A program made the translations under genes and the position numbers. From assembly GCA_016186395.1 (NCBI GenBank), contig JACPLU010000006.1, forward strand, positions 7,948 through 71,947: 64,000 bases of DNA, written 5' to 3'. The number at the start of each line of letters is the position of its first letter. Positions within the stretch are counted from its first letter, which is position 1. Shown here piece by piece: positions 38,372 to 48,308 of the stretch. This DNA is from Parcubacteria group bacterium. GTDB taxonomy: Bacteria > Patescibacteriota > Minisyncoccia > 2-02-FULL-40-12. The notes beneath the pieces are model-generated. The model saw only the letters and a program-made list of their open reading frames with translations, made no database searches and was not told where the DNA came from.

Positions 38372-38937
38372 TCTTTTACAAATCTTGGGGAAAGTGAAGT
38401 TTGTAAATCAATACTGACTTCATCTTTACCTATACCGGCACTAAATCCAATTAAAACTGTAATTCGCGGTTGAGCCAAATCATTATAAGCATTGTTTTTA
38501 ACACAGAAATTAAGCGACTTTACCTGAACGTCGTTAGAGGTTAGCTGACCAGTTAAACCACCAACGGTTCTGTTAATTACCTGACCGGCCAAAGAGTAAA
38601 CCACGGTTCCATTAATCGGATGCTGAAAGGTTAAAGAAGTTTGAGAAGAAGCACTAGTACAGGAAGTATCAGGAATTCTCTGAAAATTATCTTGACACGC
38701 AGGATCGGTTGATATGCAATTTGCAACTCTTAATTCTCTGCCCATGATCTCAAAAATAAATTGAGCATTTTCTTGTATCTTTTGTATATTCAATGATTTG
38801 CCTTGCGTTCTAATCATAGATACAAAAATCGCACCCGTTATCGTCACTAAAATCCCTAGTGCAAACATGCCTATTATAAGTTCAACAAGAGAAAATCCTT
38901 TACTGAATATGAAATATTTTTTGAAAATTCCTTTCAT
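38368..38937 (-). CDS. type IV pilin-like / pseudopilin
   Basis: Prepilin N-methylation motif GFSLVELIIGMFALGIL. Confidence 0.65.
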   Translation of the reverse strand: MKGIFKKYFIFSKGFSLVELIIGMFALGILVTITGAIFVSMIRTQGKSLNIQKIQENAQFIFEIMGRELRVANCISTDPACQDNFQRIPDTSCTSASSQTSLTFQHPINGTVVYSLAGQVINRTVGGLTGQLTSNDVQVKSLNFCVKNNAYNDLAQPRITVLIGFSAGIGKDEVSIDLQTSLSPRFVKD

Positions 38938-38951
38938 AGCTGTACTTTAAG

Positions 38952-39455
38952 TTACTTCCAATCAAAAAGCCTAAGTTCAGCGGGTATAGTTTTTATTCCG
39001 CCTCTAACCGGCCAACTGACCGAAACAACAATCTTCTTTTCAGATAAAGATACGTCGGTAATAGTAATTTTTCTTTTAAATTTCGTACTAGTCCCACTTG
39101 TGTATTGATAAATGCCATCCACAGAAAATTTTAAAGCTTGATTTGAATCTGGAGCTAAACTAAAACTATCCCATTGAACCTGCCAAACGCCGACTGGCAA
39201 AGCAGAACTAAAAGTTCCACCACTTATCCATTTAGAATCTCTAATATTACGAACTACTTCTAAACCTTCTTGGGCCAAATTTATGGCGACTGTTTGATCC
39301 TGAATAAGGGTGGTAATACGAGAATTTGAACTAACAAATAATGTTAGCCCCGTTGAGACAAAAGCGAGAATACCCAAAGCAACCAAAGTTTCAACTAAGG
39401 AAAACCCCACACTAAACTTTTGACTTTTGACTTTTGACTTTTGACTTTTTATCAT
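38952..39455 (-). CDS. type IV pilin-like / pseudopilin
   Basis: GFSLVETLVALGILAFV. The N-terminus is KSQKSKVKSQK, encoded by a (TTTTGAC)x4 tandem repeat at 39421-39448. Confidence 0.65.
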   Translation of the reverse strand: MIKSQKSKVKSQKFSVGFSLVETLVALGILAFVSTGLTLFVSSNSRITTLIQDQTVAINLAQEGLEVVRNIRDSKWISGGTFSSALPVGVWQVQWDSFSLAPDSNQALKFSVDGIYQYTSGTSTKFKRKITITDVSLSEKKIVVSVSWPVRGGIKTIPAELRLFDWK

Positions 39456-40075
39456 TGTACTTCCGCTCTTCCACTTGTGTAAACAAAAATAATTTTACAG
39501 TCAGTGGTATTTATATAGCATAATTTTATTTGAAGAGGAGCAATATTAAGATTAGAATTATTATTTATATAAATTTTTGGATCAGGCGGCTCAAAAAAAA
39601 CATCTAAAAATGAAACCGAAAAGTTAACATTTTTTTCTAGAATAACTAAGGTTTGAAAAATCGTGTCTATTCCTGCCTGATAATTGTGGTTTGTATTTAA
39701 ACAATTAAGACTTTCTGTTGACCCCTTATAAATCTGATAATGAGTTGTGTCCAAGTACCGCATCCCATAACCGCAAATTTGGTTTGCTGCAAAACCTCTT
39801 CCGGCAATAGCTAATTCTTGAATCCTCCTCAAATCAGCCTGAATAGCCACAGCAGAACGTCTTACGGCCTGAAGCCTCCTTGCTTTGCTTCCAAAAGCGG
39901 ATAACAAAAATCCTGTCATCATAACAGTAATGGTAGCGATTATAATCACCTCTAAAAGAGTGAACCCCGTATCATTTTTTTGAAAAAAGTGGTGCTGGGC
40001 AAGTCCCGCCGCACTTTTTAGCTCTTTTTTGAATAATTCTGGTTTATTAAATGAAGTACTCATAGCATTAAACAC
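39452..40075 (-). CDS. type IV pilin-like / pseudopilin
   Basis: GFTLLEVIIIATITVMM. Confidence 0.6.
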   Translation of the reverse strand: MFNAMSTSFNKPELFKKELKSAAGLAQHHFFQKNDTGFTLLEVIIIATITVMMTGFLLSAFGSKARRLQAVRRSAVAIQADLRRIQELAIAGRGFAANQICGYGMRYLDTTHYQIYKGSTESLNCLNTNHNYQAGIDTIFQTLVILEKNVNFSVSFLDVFFEPPDPKIYINNNSNLNIAPLQIKLCYINTTDCKIIFVYTSGRAEVQ

Positions 40076-40162
40076 CTAATTGTTTTAAAAACCAAAAAGG
40101 GGCAACTAAGTATAGTATACCCCTCCATAAACCAAAAAAGAATACCCAGATTAGATAAAATA

Positions 40163-40633
40163 CTAATACAAAAACATAGAATTTTGTTCTAATCTTACTT
40201 CTATTAAATCTCCAGGGTTAAGCATGTGTTTGTCTAGGAGCCCACCAGAAATTACCTCCCCATTAACATACACCCTCCATGAACGTCCGTGATTATCTAA
40301 AACATTATTCAATTTAACAATGGTGATTTTACCACTTTCGTCTGTAAAACCAAACTGGATTTTATTAATAGTCGTAGCTTCAATAATGGCCCCCAAGACT
40401 GAAACCGGTTGTTCAAGCTCTCGTTGGAACTCTCTAGTATGGTCACCAAAATTGAAAACCAAAGAAACATTGCTATTTCTATTACCAAATATGGGAGAAT
40501 AAGGCACTTTAAAATACACCAAAAATAAAAATATAAATATGGCTAAAATTAAATACCAGACCAATTTAGAATTGTCGGATTTGATATTTTTTTTCTGAGC
40601 TGTAAATTCTGCAATTACTTGATCTAGTTCCAT
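40163..40633 (-). CDS. hypothetical membrane-anchored protein in the pilus cluster
   Basis: One N-terminal transmembrane helix. Confidence 0.4.
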   Translation of the reverse strand: MELDQVIAEFTAQKKNIKSDNSKLVWYLILAIFIFLFLVYFKVPYSPIFGNRNSNVSLVFNFGDHTREFQRELEQPVSVLGAIIEATTINKIQFGFTDESGKITIVKLNNVLDNHGRSWRVYVNGEVISGGLLDKHMLNPGDLIEVRLEQNSMFLY

Positions 40634-40650
40634 GGATTTAAAAATTTAAG

Positions 40651-41427
40651 TTAAAATTGCGACAATAAACTGATTGGAAAAATTAAAAGGAAAATAGAGG
40701 CAATAACAATAAACGTACCTAGTGGCAGTGGTGTTTTGCGATCGGCTTTCCTAAAAATAAGCAACAATATTCCCACCAAAGCCCCAAGAAAAAAAGTTAA
40801 ATAAAATACGTTAATAATTCTGGGAAAACCGAACAAAAAACCAATCCAGATTGCTAACTTTACATCGCCAAACCCAATCCATTGTCCAGAAGAAATAAAG
40901 AAAATCATTCCTAAAATACCCGCAAAAAACAACACCCCCCAAAAAGAACTCAACCAACTACAACTTAAATTTGAACAAATTATGTCTAAACTAACTCCAA
41001 ACTTAGTTAAAAATATGGCTATTAATGAAACCACAAAACCACTTATAATTATTTTGTCTAGGATTAAAAAATTAAATAAATCGACAAATGCTACCACAAT
41101 CAACAAACTTATCAGTATCCAGCTGTAAAAAATACTTAGAGTACCCAGATTACCAATAAAAATTGCTGACAAAAGAAAAAGGCATGCAGTGATAATCTCT
41201 ATTATCGAATAGCTTTTTGAAAATCCCTTTTTACAGTACCGGCACTTAGCCCTAAGCCATATAAAACTAAATACCGGTATTAAATCTTTCCAAGATAAAC
41301 TATGGTTACAATTCTCACACCTTGATCTACTCCATACCGTATCTTTATTCCTAGGTAATCTATAAATCAAACAACCCAAATAACTACCCACCACAAGTCC
41401 AACCAATACGCTAACTATTAAAATCAT
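40651..41427 (-). CDS. pilD: prepilin peptidase (A24 family)
   Basis: Zinc ribbon CENCNHSLSWKDLIPVFSFIWLRAKCRYCKK, then a polytopic membrane domain. Confidence 0.8.
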   Translation of the reverse strand: MILIVSVLVGLVVGSYLGCLIYRLPRNKDTVWSRSRCENCNHSLSWKDLIPVFSFIWLRAKCRYCKKGFSKSYSIIEIITACLFLLSAIFIGNLGTLSIFYSWILISLLIVVAFVDLFNFLILDKIIISGFVVSLIAIFLTKFGVSLDIICSNLSCSWLSSFWGVLFFAGILGMIFFISSGQWIGFGDVKLAIWIGFLFGFPRIINVFYLTFFLGALVGILLLIFRKADRKTPLPLGTFIVIASIFLLIFPISLLSQF

Positions 41428-41436
41428 CTAACTAGT

Positions 41437-41991
41437 TTATAGTGCTCCTACGTCGTATATACAGTCCTTGTCAAACGCTGTTGTGGCACAAACCTCTGAA
41501 GCGGCGGCGGAACCATCCACTTCAGCGCCACTGCCAGCCCAACCAGTTGAGTTAATATCAAAATCAGTATTTACTGCTTGAGCATTTTTAAGTTCCAATT
41601 CAGCCCATAAGTGAAATTGGGTTGGATTAGCAAGCGGAGCCCATTCATAACCATAACAACCAGCAGAACCACCATATACAGTACATCCGCTAGTTAAAGG
41701 ATCTTGAGGTAATCTAACTAAATATTTTGACACCAAAACGGTGGTAAGATCTGTAGTAACAGGATAACCTCCATTATCATCAAAATATTGCTCAACAGCA
41801 CCACGCACCTGGTTAATGTCAGCAATACGCTTAGCGTCTCTTGCCTTCCTACGAGCAGTGCCTAACTGAACAAGAAGTAAGGTCGCTAATGTCCCAATAA
41901 TGGCGATAACAACAAGCAATTCGACCAGAGTAAATCCCCTTCTGCCGTCGGCTCTCACTGCCGGCGAACGGAATAAATCTAAAATACGCAT
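41437..41991 (-). CDS. pilA: type IV major pilin
   Basis: Leader [19 protein letters not shown] | [21 protein letters not shown], a class III signal. The start is moved to the internal ATG. Confidence 0.75.
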   Translation of the reverse strand: MRILDLFRSPAVRADGRRGFTLVELLVVIAIIGTLATLLLVQLGTARRKARDAKRIADINQVRGAVEQYFDDNGGYPVTTDLTTVLVSKYLVRLPQDPLTSGCTVYGGSAGCYGYEWAPLANPTQFHLWAELELKNAQAVNTDFDINSTGWAGSGAEVDGSAAASEVCATTAFDKDCIYDVGAL

Positions 41992-42084
41992 AAAAATGTG
42001 ACACAATAATTAACTTTTACAACTCACGAAGTTCGTCATAAAAACTAACTATTTATGGCTAATTAAAGTTTATTAAATTTAAGA

Positions 42085-43287
42085 CTATCCAGCTCCTACT
42101 AAATTATAAATCGGCAACAAAATACTTGCAACTAAGATAGCCACACCTATTCCTATTAACAAAACTAGTATTGGTTCTAGTAAAGTCGATAAACTCTGGA
42201 GGGTTGTCTCTGCTTGAGTTTTATAAAACTTAGCCATATGTTCTAACATGAAATCTATTTTACCTGTTTTTTCACCAATTAAGACCATTTGAGAAACTAA
42301 CGGAGGAATTTCGGAATAATTCACAAAAACCGAGGAAATCGTACCCCCAGTGCTAACTTTTTCTTTTGCCTCCAATATTATCTTTTTATATACCGAATTA
42401 CTCACAACTTCTGAAGAAATTCTTAAAGCCTCGAGAATTGGTACGCCTGCTTTAATAAGGGTTGCTAAAGACTCGGCAAGCCTTGATATAAATATTCCTT
42501 TTGCGACTTCACCAATAATTGGGAATCGCAGTAAGTTCCTGTCAAAAAATTCTATGCCTGAATCGGTTTTAAAATATCTATAAGAAAATACTATTAGCCC
42601 GATAAAACCAATTACAATAAACCACAAAAACCTTTGAATAAAATGAGAAGTAAAAATTAAAACCCTAGTAGTAAACGGCAAGTCGGTTACTCCCGCTTCT
42701 TCTAAAACTCCTAATAATTGTGGGATAACGGTAACCATTAAAAATATGGTTACGCCTATAAGCGCAAACAATATAAATATTGGATAAGAGAGAGCTCCCT
42801 TTGTTTTAGATTTTAATTCCTGTGATCTTTCCAAATGATCTGCCAAGTAAAGCAATACGTCATGCAGTTTCCCGGAGGCTTCGCCGGATCTGACTAAACT
42901 TATATAAAAATCAGAAAATATATCTTGATGGACTGAAAGCGCTTTTGAAAAAGAGGCCCCGGCTTCTACTTCAGCGGCTAGTTGAACAAGCACTTTTTGT
43001 AAAGCCGGATTAGTTGCTTGACGGGCCAAAGTATTTAAACTATCAACAAAAGGAACATCTGCATCAACTAGAGTGGCTAACTGTCTTGTAAATTCTGCCA
43101 AATCTTTCTCTTTAACTCTGTGAAAAAACGTGCCTACATCTTTTGCGAACACCTTGTTAGCTTCCAAACTTAGTATAACTAGTCCTCTTTGATGTAATAC
43201 AGAAACGGCTTCTTCTTCAGAAGAAGCTTCTACCCTGCCTGATAAAATCTTACCATCTATAGATTTGGCTTGATAAGAATATTCCAT
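42085..43287 (-). CDS. pilC: type IV pilus assembly platform protein PilC (GspF family)
   Basis: Two T2SS-F repeats and three transmembrane segments. Confidence 0.85.
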   Translation of the reverse strand: MEYSYQAKSIDGKILSGRVEASSEEEAVSVLHQRGLVILSLEANKVFAKDVGTFFHRVKEKDLAEFTRQLATLVDADVPFVDSLNTLARQATNPALQKVLVQLAAEVEAGASFSKALSVHQDIFSDFYISLVRSGEASGKLHDVLLYLADHLERSQELKSKTKGALSYPIFILFALIGVTIFLMVTVIPQLLGVLEEAGVTDLPFTTRVLIFTSHFIQRFLWFIVIGFIGLIVFSYRYFKTDSGIEFFDRNLLRFPIIGEVAKGIFISRLAESLATLIKAGVPILEALRISSEVVSNSVYKKIILEAKEKVSTGGTISSVFVNYSEIPPLVSQMVLIGEKTGKIDFMLEHMAKFYKTQAETTLQSLSTLLEPILVLLIGIGVAILVASILLPIYNLVGAG

Positions 43288-43289
43288 CC

Positions 43290-44372
43290 TTACAATAAAT
43301 CCTTTAATCCTCTCGGGTTAACAGAATGAAATTCTGCTTGTTCTATTGTGATTTCTCCTCTTTTTACCAGTTCGGCTAAAGATCGATTTAAAGAAATCAT
43401 TCCTTCTTCATTACTTGTATCAATGACTGTGTTTAGTTGTTGAATACGATTCTCACGTATTAAATTTCTAACAGCGTTGTTTGCAATTAGAATTTCGGCT
43501 GCCGGAATAAGTCCCCCCTTTATTCTTGGGATCAATCGTTGAGAAATTATACCTGAAAGAGTATTTGAAAGCTGGACCCTGACTTGAGACTGTTGAGCCG
43601 GCGGAAAACTGTCAATTATTCTGTCTATCGTTTGAACGGCACTATTAGTATGCAAAGAGGCAAAAACCAAATGACCGGTTTCAGCAGCTGTTACAGCGGC
43701 ACTCATGGTTTCATAATCTCTCATCTCTCCAACCATAATGACATTAACATTTTGTCTGAAAGTCGAACGCAAGGCTTTATGAAAAGACAAAGTATCTAAA
43801 AAGAGTTCTCTCTGATCTATAATTCCGTTTATTGGAGTAAACAGGTATTCAATTGGATCTTCAATGGTAACAACTTTATCCGCCCTCTCACGATTAATTA
43901 TATCTATTAGAGAAGCCATTGTGGTTGATTTCCCGTGACCGTTTGGCCCAACAACTAAAACAAATCCTTGGGATATTTTACTAAATATTTTGATTATTGG
44001 TGGCAAATTTAATTCCTCAATAGTTGGAATTTTATTCGGGATATATCGGAGGGTCGAGCTTATGTAGCCCTTGGTATAATAAACATTAACCCTGAATCTA
44101 AAATCATTATCAAATATATATGAGAAATCTAATTCTTTTTCTCCTAGAAAACGGTTTTTTCTTGCGTCCCCAAGCAATGCAAAAGCTAAACCAGCAGACG
44201 CGTCTGGATCCAAAATGGGATACTGTTCCAGCGGTATTAGCCTTGAATCAACCCTAACCATAGGTTTATTGCCGGGCGATAAATGCAAATCCGATGCTCC
44301 TGCTTGAGCGGTATCATGCATAATTCTTTGAAGCAACTCCTGATAATTCTGACTCATAAATAAGGTGAGCAA
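43290..44372 (-). CDS. pilT: twitching-motility / retraction ATPase PilT
   Basis: VVGPNGHGKSTT Walker A, VTIEDPIEY, and the His box. Confidence 0.85.
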   Translation of the reverse strand: MLTLFMSQNYQELLQRIMHDTAQAGASDLHLSPGNKPMVRVDSRLIPLEQYPILDPDASAGLAFALLGDARKNRFLGEKELDFSYIFDNDFRFRVNVYYTKGYISSTLRYIPNKIPTIEELNLPPIIKIFSKISQGFVLVVGPNGHGKSTTMASLIDIINRERADKVVTIEDPIEYLFTPINGIIDQRELFLDTLSFHKALRSTFRQNVNVIMVGEMRDYETMSAAVTAAETGHLVFASLHTNSAVQTIDRIIDSFPPAQQSQVRVQLSNTLSGIISQRLIPRIKGGLIPAAEILIANNAVRNLIRENRIQQLNTVIDTSNEEGMISLNRSLAELVKRGEITIEQAEFHSVNPRGLKDLL

Positions 44373-44467
44373 TAATTCGTGAAACGTGAATCACGATGCT
44401 TTAAAAATGTGCGTGAACCAAGTTTCATGTTTTATGCCTCACGTTTTAAGTTTTATATTCCATATCT

Positions 44468-46213
44468 TCAAGCATTTCCCAATTCGGCTACTTGGAATAA
44501 TTCTTCCAAAGAAACCATACCTTCCAACACCTTAAGTATACCGTCCAAAAACATAGAAGTCATCCCCTGTCGTTGAGCCTCCTTTCTAATAGCCGTTTCC
44601 GATAAATCGGTTGAAATAATTTGTTCAAGCTGTTGTGTAATTTCCAAAACCTCAAAAATAGCAATCCGTCCTTTGTAAGCTTTACCACCACATTCTTTAC
44701 AACCCTTTTCACTTGCTTTCCATATAGCAAAGCCAGAAGAAGGATATTTTTTCCTGTCCGCTGGGGTTAGCTCTTCCAATGCTTGTTGAATTGTCTTTTC
44801 TTCAGCCACATTTGCCTTGTCTTTTACTCTACAATTTGGGCAAAGCCGTCTTAAAAGTCTTTGGGCAAGCCCTAAGTTCAGAGTTGGAGCAATAAGGTAT
44901 CTTTGCACACCCATATCAACAAATCTTGGAATAATTCCAATAGCGTCGTTAGTATGCAAAGTTGAAAATACCAAATGCCCGGTTAGGGCGGCATGTGTAG
45001 CCAATGAAGCCGTCTCACCATCTCTTATCTCCCCTACCATAATCATATCTGGGTCTTGCCTTAAAATGTGACGCAATCCAGAAGAAAAAGTGTAACCAAT
45101 TTCTTCTTGAACTTGAGATTGGCTTATTCCCTCAATTAAAAATTCAATTGGATCTTCAAGGGTAACGATATTTATTCCCTCTTCGTTAACCATTCTAAGC
45201 ATTGCATACAAAGTAGTAGTCTTACCAGAACCGGTTGGTCCAGTAATTAAAATGCTTCCAAATGGTTTTTTAAGATTCTCTTCAACCAACTTTAAATTTC
45301 TCCCGCTAAGACCCAATTCTGGCAAACTGACCAAACCCACAAGAGGATCTAAAATTCTTAAAACCACCTTTTCCCCGTGACGAGTCGGAAAGGTCGACAC
45401 CCGAAAATCAATCTTTTTATCATCTACATGGGTACTAAAACGCCCATCTTGGGGTAAACGCGTTTCATCTATCTTAAGATCAGATAAAATTTTAATCCTT
45501 GTACTAATTGAGGAGTGCAAAGACTTTGGCAAAATAATTGCCGTTGTCAAAAAACCATCAATTCTGAAACGAATTCTTAGTTTATCTTCTTGAGGTTCAA
45601 TATGAATATCACTTGCCCTACCTTCTACGGCATGCCTTATAATAACCGCCACGGCTTTAGTAATTGGGGCTTCTTCGGTAAGTGTTTCTGGGATGGACTT
45701 AGCTTGAGCCTTAACTTCTCCCTTACCTAATTCTTGCTTTAAAGATTCTAATGCCTCTTTAACCTCTCCTGTTAAAGTTGAATACCCTTTAACAATCGCT
45801 TGATAATTTTTATAACCAAGGAGATATTTTTCAAGCTTCAAACCATTATCTGCAGCGATAAACTTTAATGCCTCCATTGCATCTAAATCTTCGGGGTTTA
45901 ATATGCCCACTTTCAATACACTTTCCACTTTTTCAAGAGGAACTACTTTATAAAAGCGTGCAACGTCTTCTGAAACAAACCTCAAAACGTCCGAAGATAT
46001 TTGTTGAGGATCAAAAGTAACTTTAGGTATTTTATATAACTGACTTTTAACTTCTAAAAGATCTTCGTCCGTTATTAATTCTTTTTCTATCAATAACTGA
46101 CCAAAATCTTTTTCGAATTTTTGAGCCTCCTGAATAATGGCTTCCGAGGTTTTCTCGTCAGTGACTCCTTGCTTAATAAAATAGTTAAGAAGAGTTTGAG
46201 GAATTTTAATCAA
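44468..46213 (-). CDS. pilB: type IV pilus assembly ATPase PilB (GspE family)
   Basis: N-terminal GspE_N domains, ITGPTGSGKTTT Walker A, and a C-terminal zinc motif CPNC...CKECGG. Confidence 0.9.
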   Translation of the reverse strand: MIKIPQTLLNYFIKQGVTDEKTSEAIIQEAQKFEKDFGQLLIEKELITDEDLLEVKSQLYKIPKVTFDPQQISSDVLRFVSEDVARFYKVVPLEKVESVLKVGILNPEDLDAMEALKFIAADNGLKLEKYLLGYKNYQAIVKGYSTLTGEVKEALESLKQELGKGEVKAQAKSIPETLTEEAPITKAVAVIIRHAVEGRASDIHIEPQEDKLRIRFRIDGFLTTAIILPKSLHSSISTRIKILSDLKIDETRLPQDGRFSTHVDDKKIDFRVSTFPTRHGEKVVLRILDPLVGLVSLPELGLSGRNLKLVEENLKKPFGSILITGPTGSGKTTTLYAMLRMVNEEGINIVTLEDPIEFLIEGISQSQVQEEIGYTFSSGLRHILRQDPDMIMVGEIRDGETASLATHAALTGHLVFSTLHTNDAIGIIPRFVDMGVQRYLIAPTLNLGLAQRLLRRLCPNCRVKDKANVAEEKTIQQALEELTPADRKKYPSSGFAIWKASEKGCKECGGKAYKGRIAIFEVLEITQQLEQIISTDLSETAIRKEAQRQGMTSMFLDGILKVLEGMVSLEELFQVAELGNA

Positions 46214-46251
46214 TTTCGTAAAATGCCGCTATAGCAGGCGTTAATTTTTGA

Positions 46252-46415
46252 ATTTGGTGAATAATACTCTTGAACGGGTTTTGAGCCCGTAGCGGGCATG
46301 GTTTACCCCCACCTGATATTAAATCAGATGGGGGTAAGAGCGAAGGGCTCAACCCCTGAGCAAACCACGCTGGGGTTTGCGAAGAAAGAGAAAGAGTGTT
46401 ATTCACCAAATTCAC
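46252..46415. repeat. inverted-repeat-bounded element (about 21-bp arms, 1 mismatch) with a GC-rich structured core, between pilB and the upstream ORF
   Basis: gaatttggtgaataatactct ... agagtgttattcaccaaattc; core cccccacctgatattaaatcagatggggg. Confidence 0.5.
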
Positions 46416-46429
46416 TTTAGTCATTATGG

Positions 46430-46708
46430 CTAGAAAGGAGCAAACAAATCTACCTTACCGGCACCTCCAGGCTTAACCGGCGATTCACCAAAAATAGTAG
46501 ATTCCTTAAATTCCTTTCTATCAAATAAAGAAAAGTCTAATTTAAGGTCTTTAAATTGAGGAGACACTTCTTTGCCTTCTAACTGTATAACAGGCGGCTG
46601 AATGTCCGGCTTTATAATTTGAGAAAAATATAAATAACCGCCTACAGCTCCCAAAACTATGAGAAGTAGAATTATGGTTAAACTTGGTTGTATTATTCTA
46701 GAATCCAT
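46430..46708 (-). CDS. hypothetical membrane-anchored protein
   Basis: 92 aa with one transmembrane helix. Confidence 0.4.
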   Translation of the reverse strand: MDSRIIQPSLTIILLLIVLGAVGGYLYFSQIIKPDIQPPVIQLEGKEVSPQFKDLKLDFSLFDRKEFKESTIFGESPVKPGGAGKVDLFAPF

Positions 46709-46854
46709 CCCGTAGTAGAAATTCGAATAATGCTTTATGATTTTTAGAATCTGTTAACATTACCCGAACTCTTTTTGTTTTACATCTTTTAAACCCCGTA
46801 GTGATTTAGCATATGTAAATCCTTTCGAATTTTCACTACAGGATCCGTGAAAGT

Positions 46855-47388
46855 TTATTTGTTTAGTGAAACAGGAATATAATAAGCTCTCAACTGAACG
46901 GATATGGCTAAAAGACCAGAACCTGGTGTTTGAGACATTTTAATATTGGTTGCGTTTATTAATCTTGTATTTTTTTCCAACAACCTAAGAAAGTTTCTTG
47001 TTGCCAGATAATTGCCAGACATTTTTAAATCAATCTGGATTTCCTTAAAAACAGTTTCGGCCTGAATTAAAACATCTCCAAAATTTAAATCATTAACCGC
47101 AAGCCCGGCTTGACCACTTATTTCAGTCAAACTAGAAATTAGTTCAGGAACACTCTTTTTATCAGGAATTAATTCGTTTAGTTTTTTAATATCGTTAGTT
47201 TTACTGTTAATTTGGTCTTTCAACGTTTTTATAGAAGCAAAAATCTGCTGCCGATCCTGTAATTCTTTTTCCTGGGCTTTAATAGCCTCATTAACTAATT
47301 TTATTCTTTCGTATTTTGGAAAAAGCAACACAAAAACAAAAAATGCAGAAAGCGCTAATAAAAGTGGCGGTAATAAACGATTATTCAT
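46855..47388 (-). CDS. pilO: PilO-like pilus assembly protein
   Basis: N-terminal transmembrane helix plus coiled-coil region; sits beside pilN/pilM. Confidence 0.5.
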   Translation of the reverse strand: MNNRLLPPLLLALSAFFVFVLLFPKYERIKLVNEAIKAQEKELQDRQQIFASIKTLKDQINSKTNDIKKLNELIPDKKSVPELISSLTEISGQAGLAVNDLNFGDVLIQAETVFKEIQIDLKMSGNYLATRNFLRLLEKNTRLINATNIKMSQTPGSGLLAISVQLRAYYIPVSLNK

Positions 47389-47531
47389 CCCGTTAGAAGT
47401 TTACCGGTATAATAGTGGCGGCGCCAAGGGCGAATAGCCCTGCCACAATTTCGGCACGGCGCCGCTATCGATAACACAGTAAATATTAATTTAGTTGATT
47501 GCATATTTGATTTGAGTAAACTTCTAACGGG
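47386..47531. repeat. inverted-repeat-bounded element (18-bp perfect arms) with a nested GC-rich palindrome, filling the pilN-pilO gap
   Basis: atcccgttagaagtttac ... gtaaacttctaacgggat; inner tggcggcgcc ... ggcgccgcta. Confidence 0.5.
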
Positions 47532-47543
47532 ATTCATCTACAA

Positions 47544-48092
47544 CTAACGAGCGAAAAATTTTTGTGGATTAAATATAATTGTCATAAAAAAACTAACTCT
47601 ACCATTGGCCAAAGACTTCACTTGATTTAATTCAATATTCACAATTGAATCATCCGCTAAAAGCCCAGAAACCTGACGGGCAACACTTATAAAACCAGAG
47701 GCTTGGGCCGAAAAATTAATTGAATTTTGTGAAAGCTCTAAGTTCAAATTGTCCAACTGAACATCTCCTTGAATCAGTCTTTCGATCCGTCCGAGACCCA
47801 AAGACCAAAAGGTATGATTTGATATCAAAGCAGTACTGGCGGATATTTGTTTTACAACCTTAAGAATTTCTGTTTCTGTGTTTTTATTTCTTGTCTTTTC
47901 CAAATCCGAAATTTGACCAGAGACAACCCCTAAAGCATTTTCCTTGGTATCTAAATAAAATCCTAAAACAAAATAAAAAACAAAAACTACTACCAGAATA
48001 CCCAAACCTAAAAAGAATTGCCTCCTCTCTTTGGGCCTTATAACTTGAATGCTTTTACGTGTTTCCGGTAGTAATTGAATTCCGTCAGCCAA
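47544..48092 (-). CDS. pilN: PilN-like pilus assembly protein
   Basis: N-terminal transmembrane helix; lies between pilM and pilO. Confidence 0.5.
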   Translation of the reverse strand: MADGIQLLPETRKSIQVIRPKERRQFFLGLGILVVVFVFYFVLGFYLDTKENALGVVSGQISDLEKTRNKNTETEILKVVKQISASTALISNHTFWSLGLGRIERLIQGDVQLDNLNLELSQNSINFSAQASGFISVARQVSGLLADDSIVNIELNQVKSLANGRVSFFMTIIFNPQKFFAR

Positions 48093-48308
48093 TGATTTAA
48101 TAGTCTTGTCATTAATTCATGACCAACTTGAGGTCTTGAATTAATGACTACTCCTAATAATTAGTATAGCATTTTTAGAATCCAAACCCTGGAACCATTG
48201 TCCACACCCCCACCTAATTTTGACCATCCTGGTTAACTTCACGTATTAAAATGAAGGTGCCAATTAAAAAAATAAAAATTAATTTTTAACCTGAAAATTA
48301 GATGGGGG

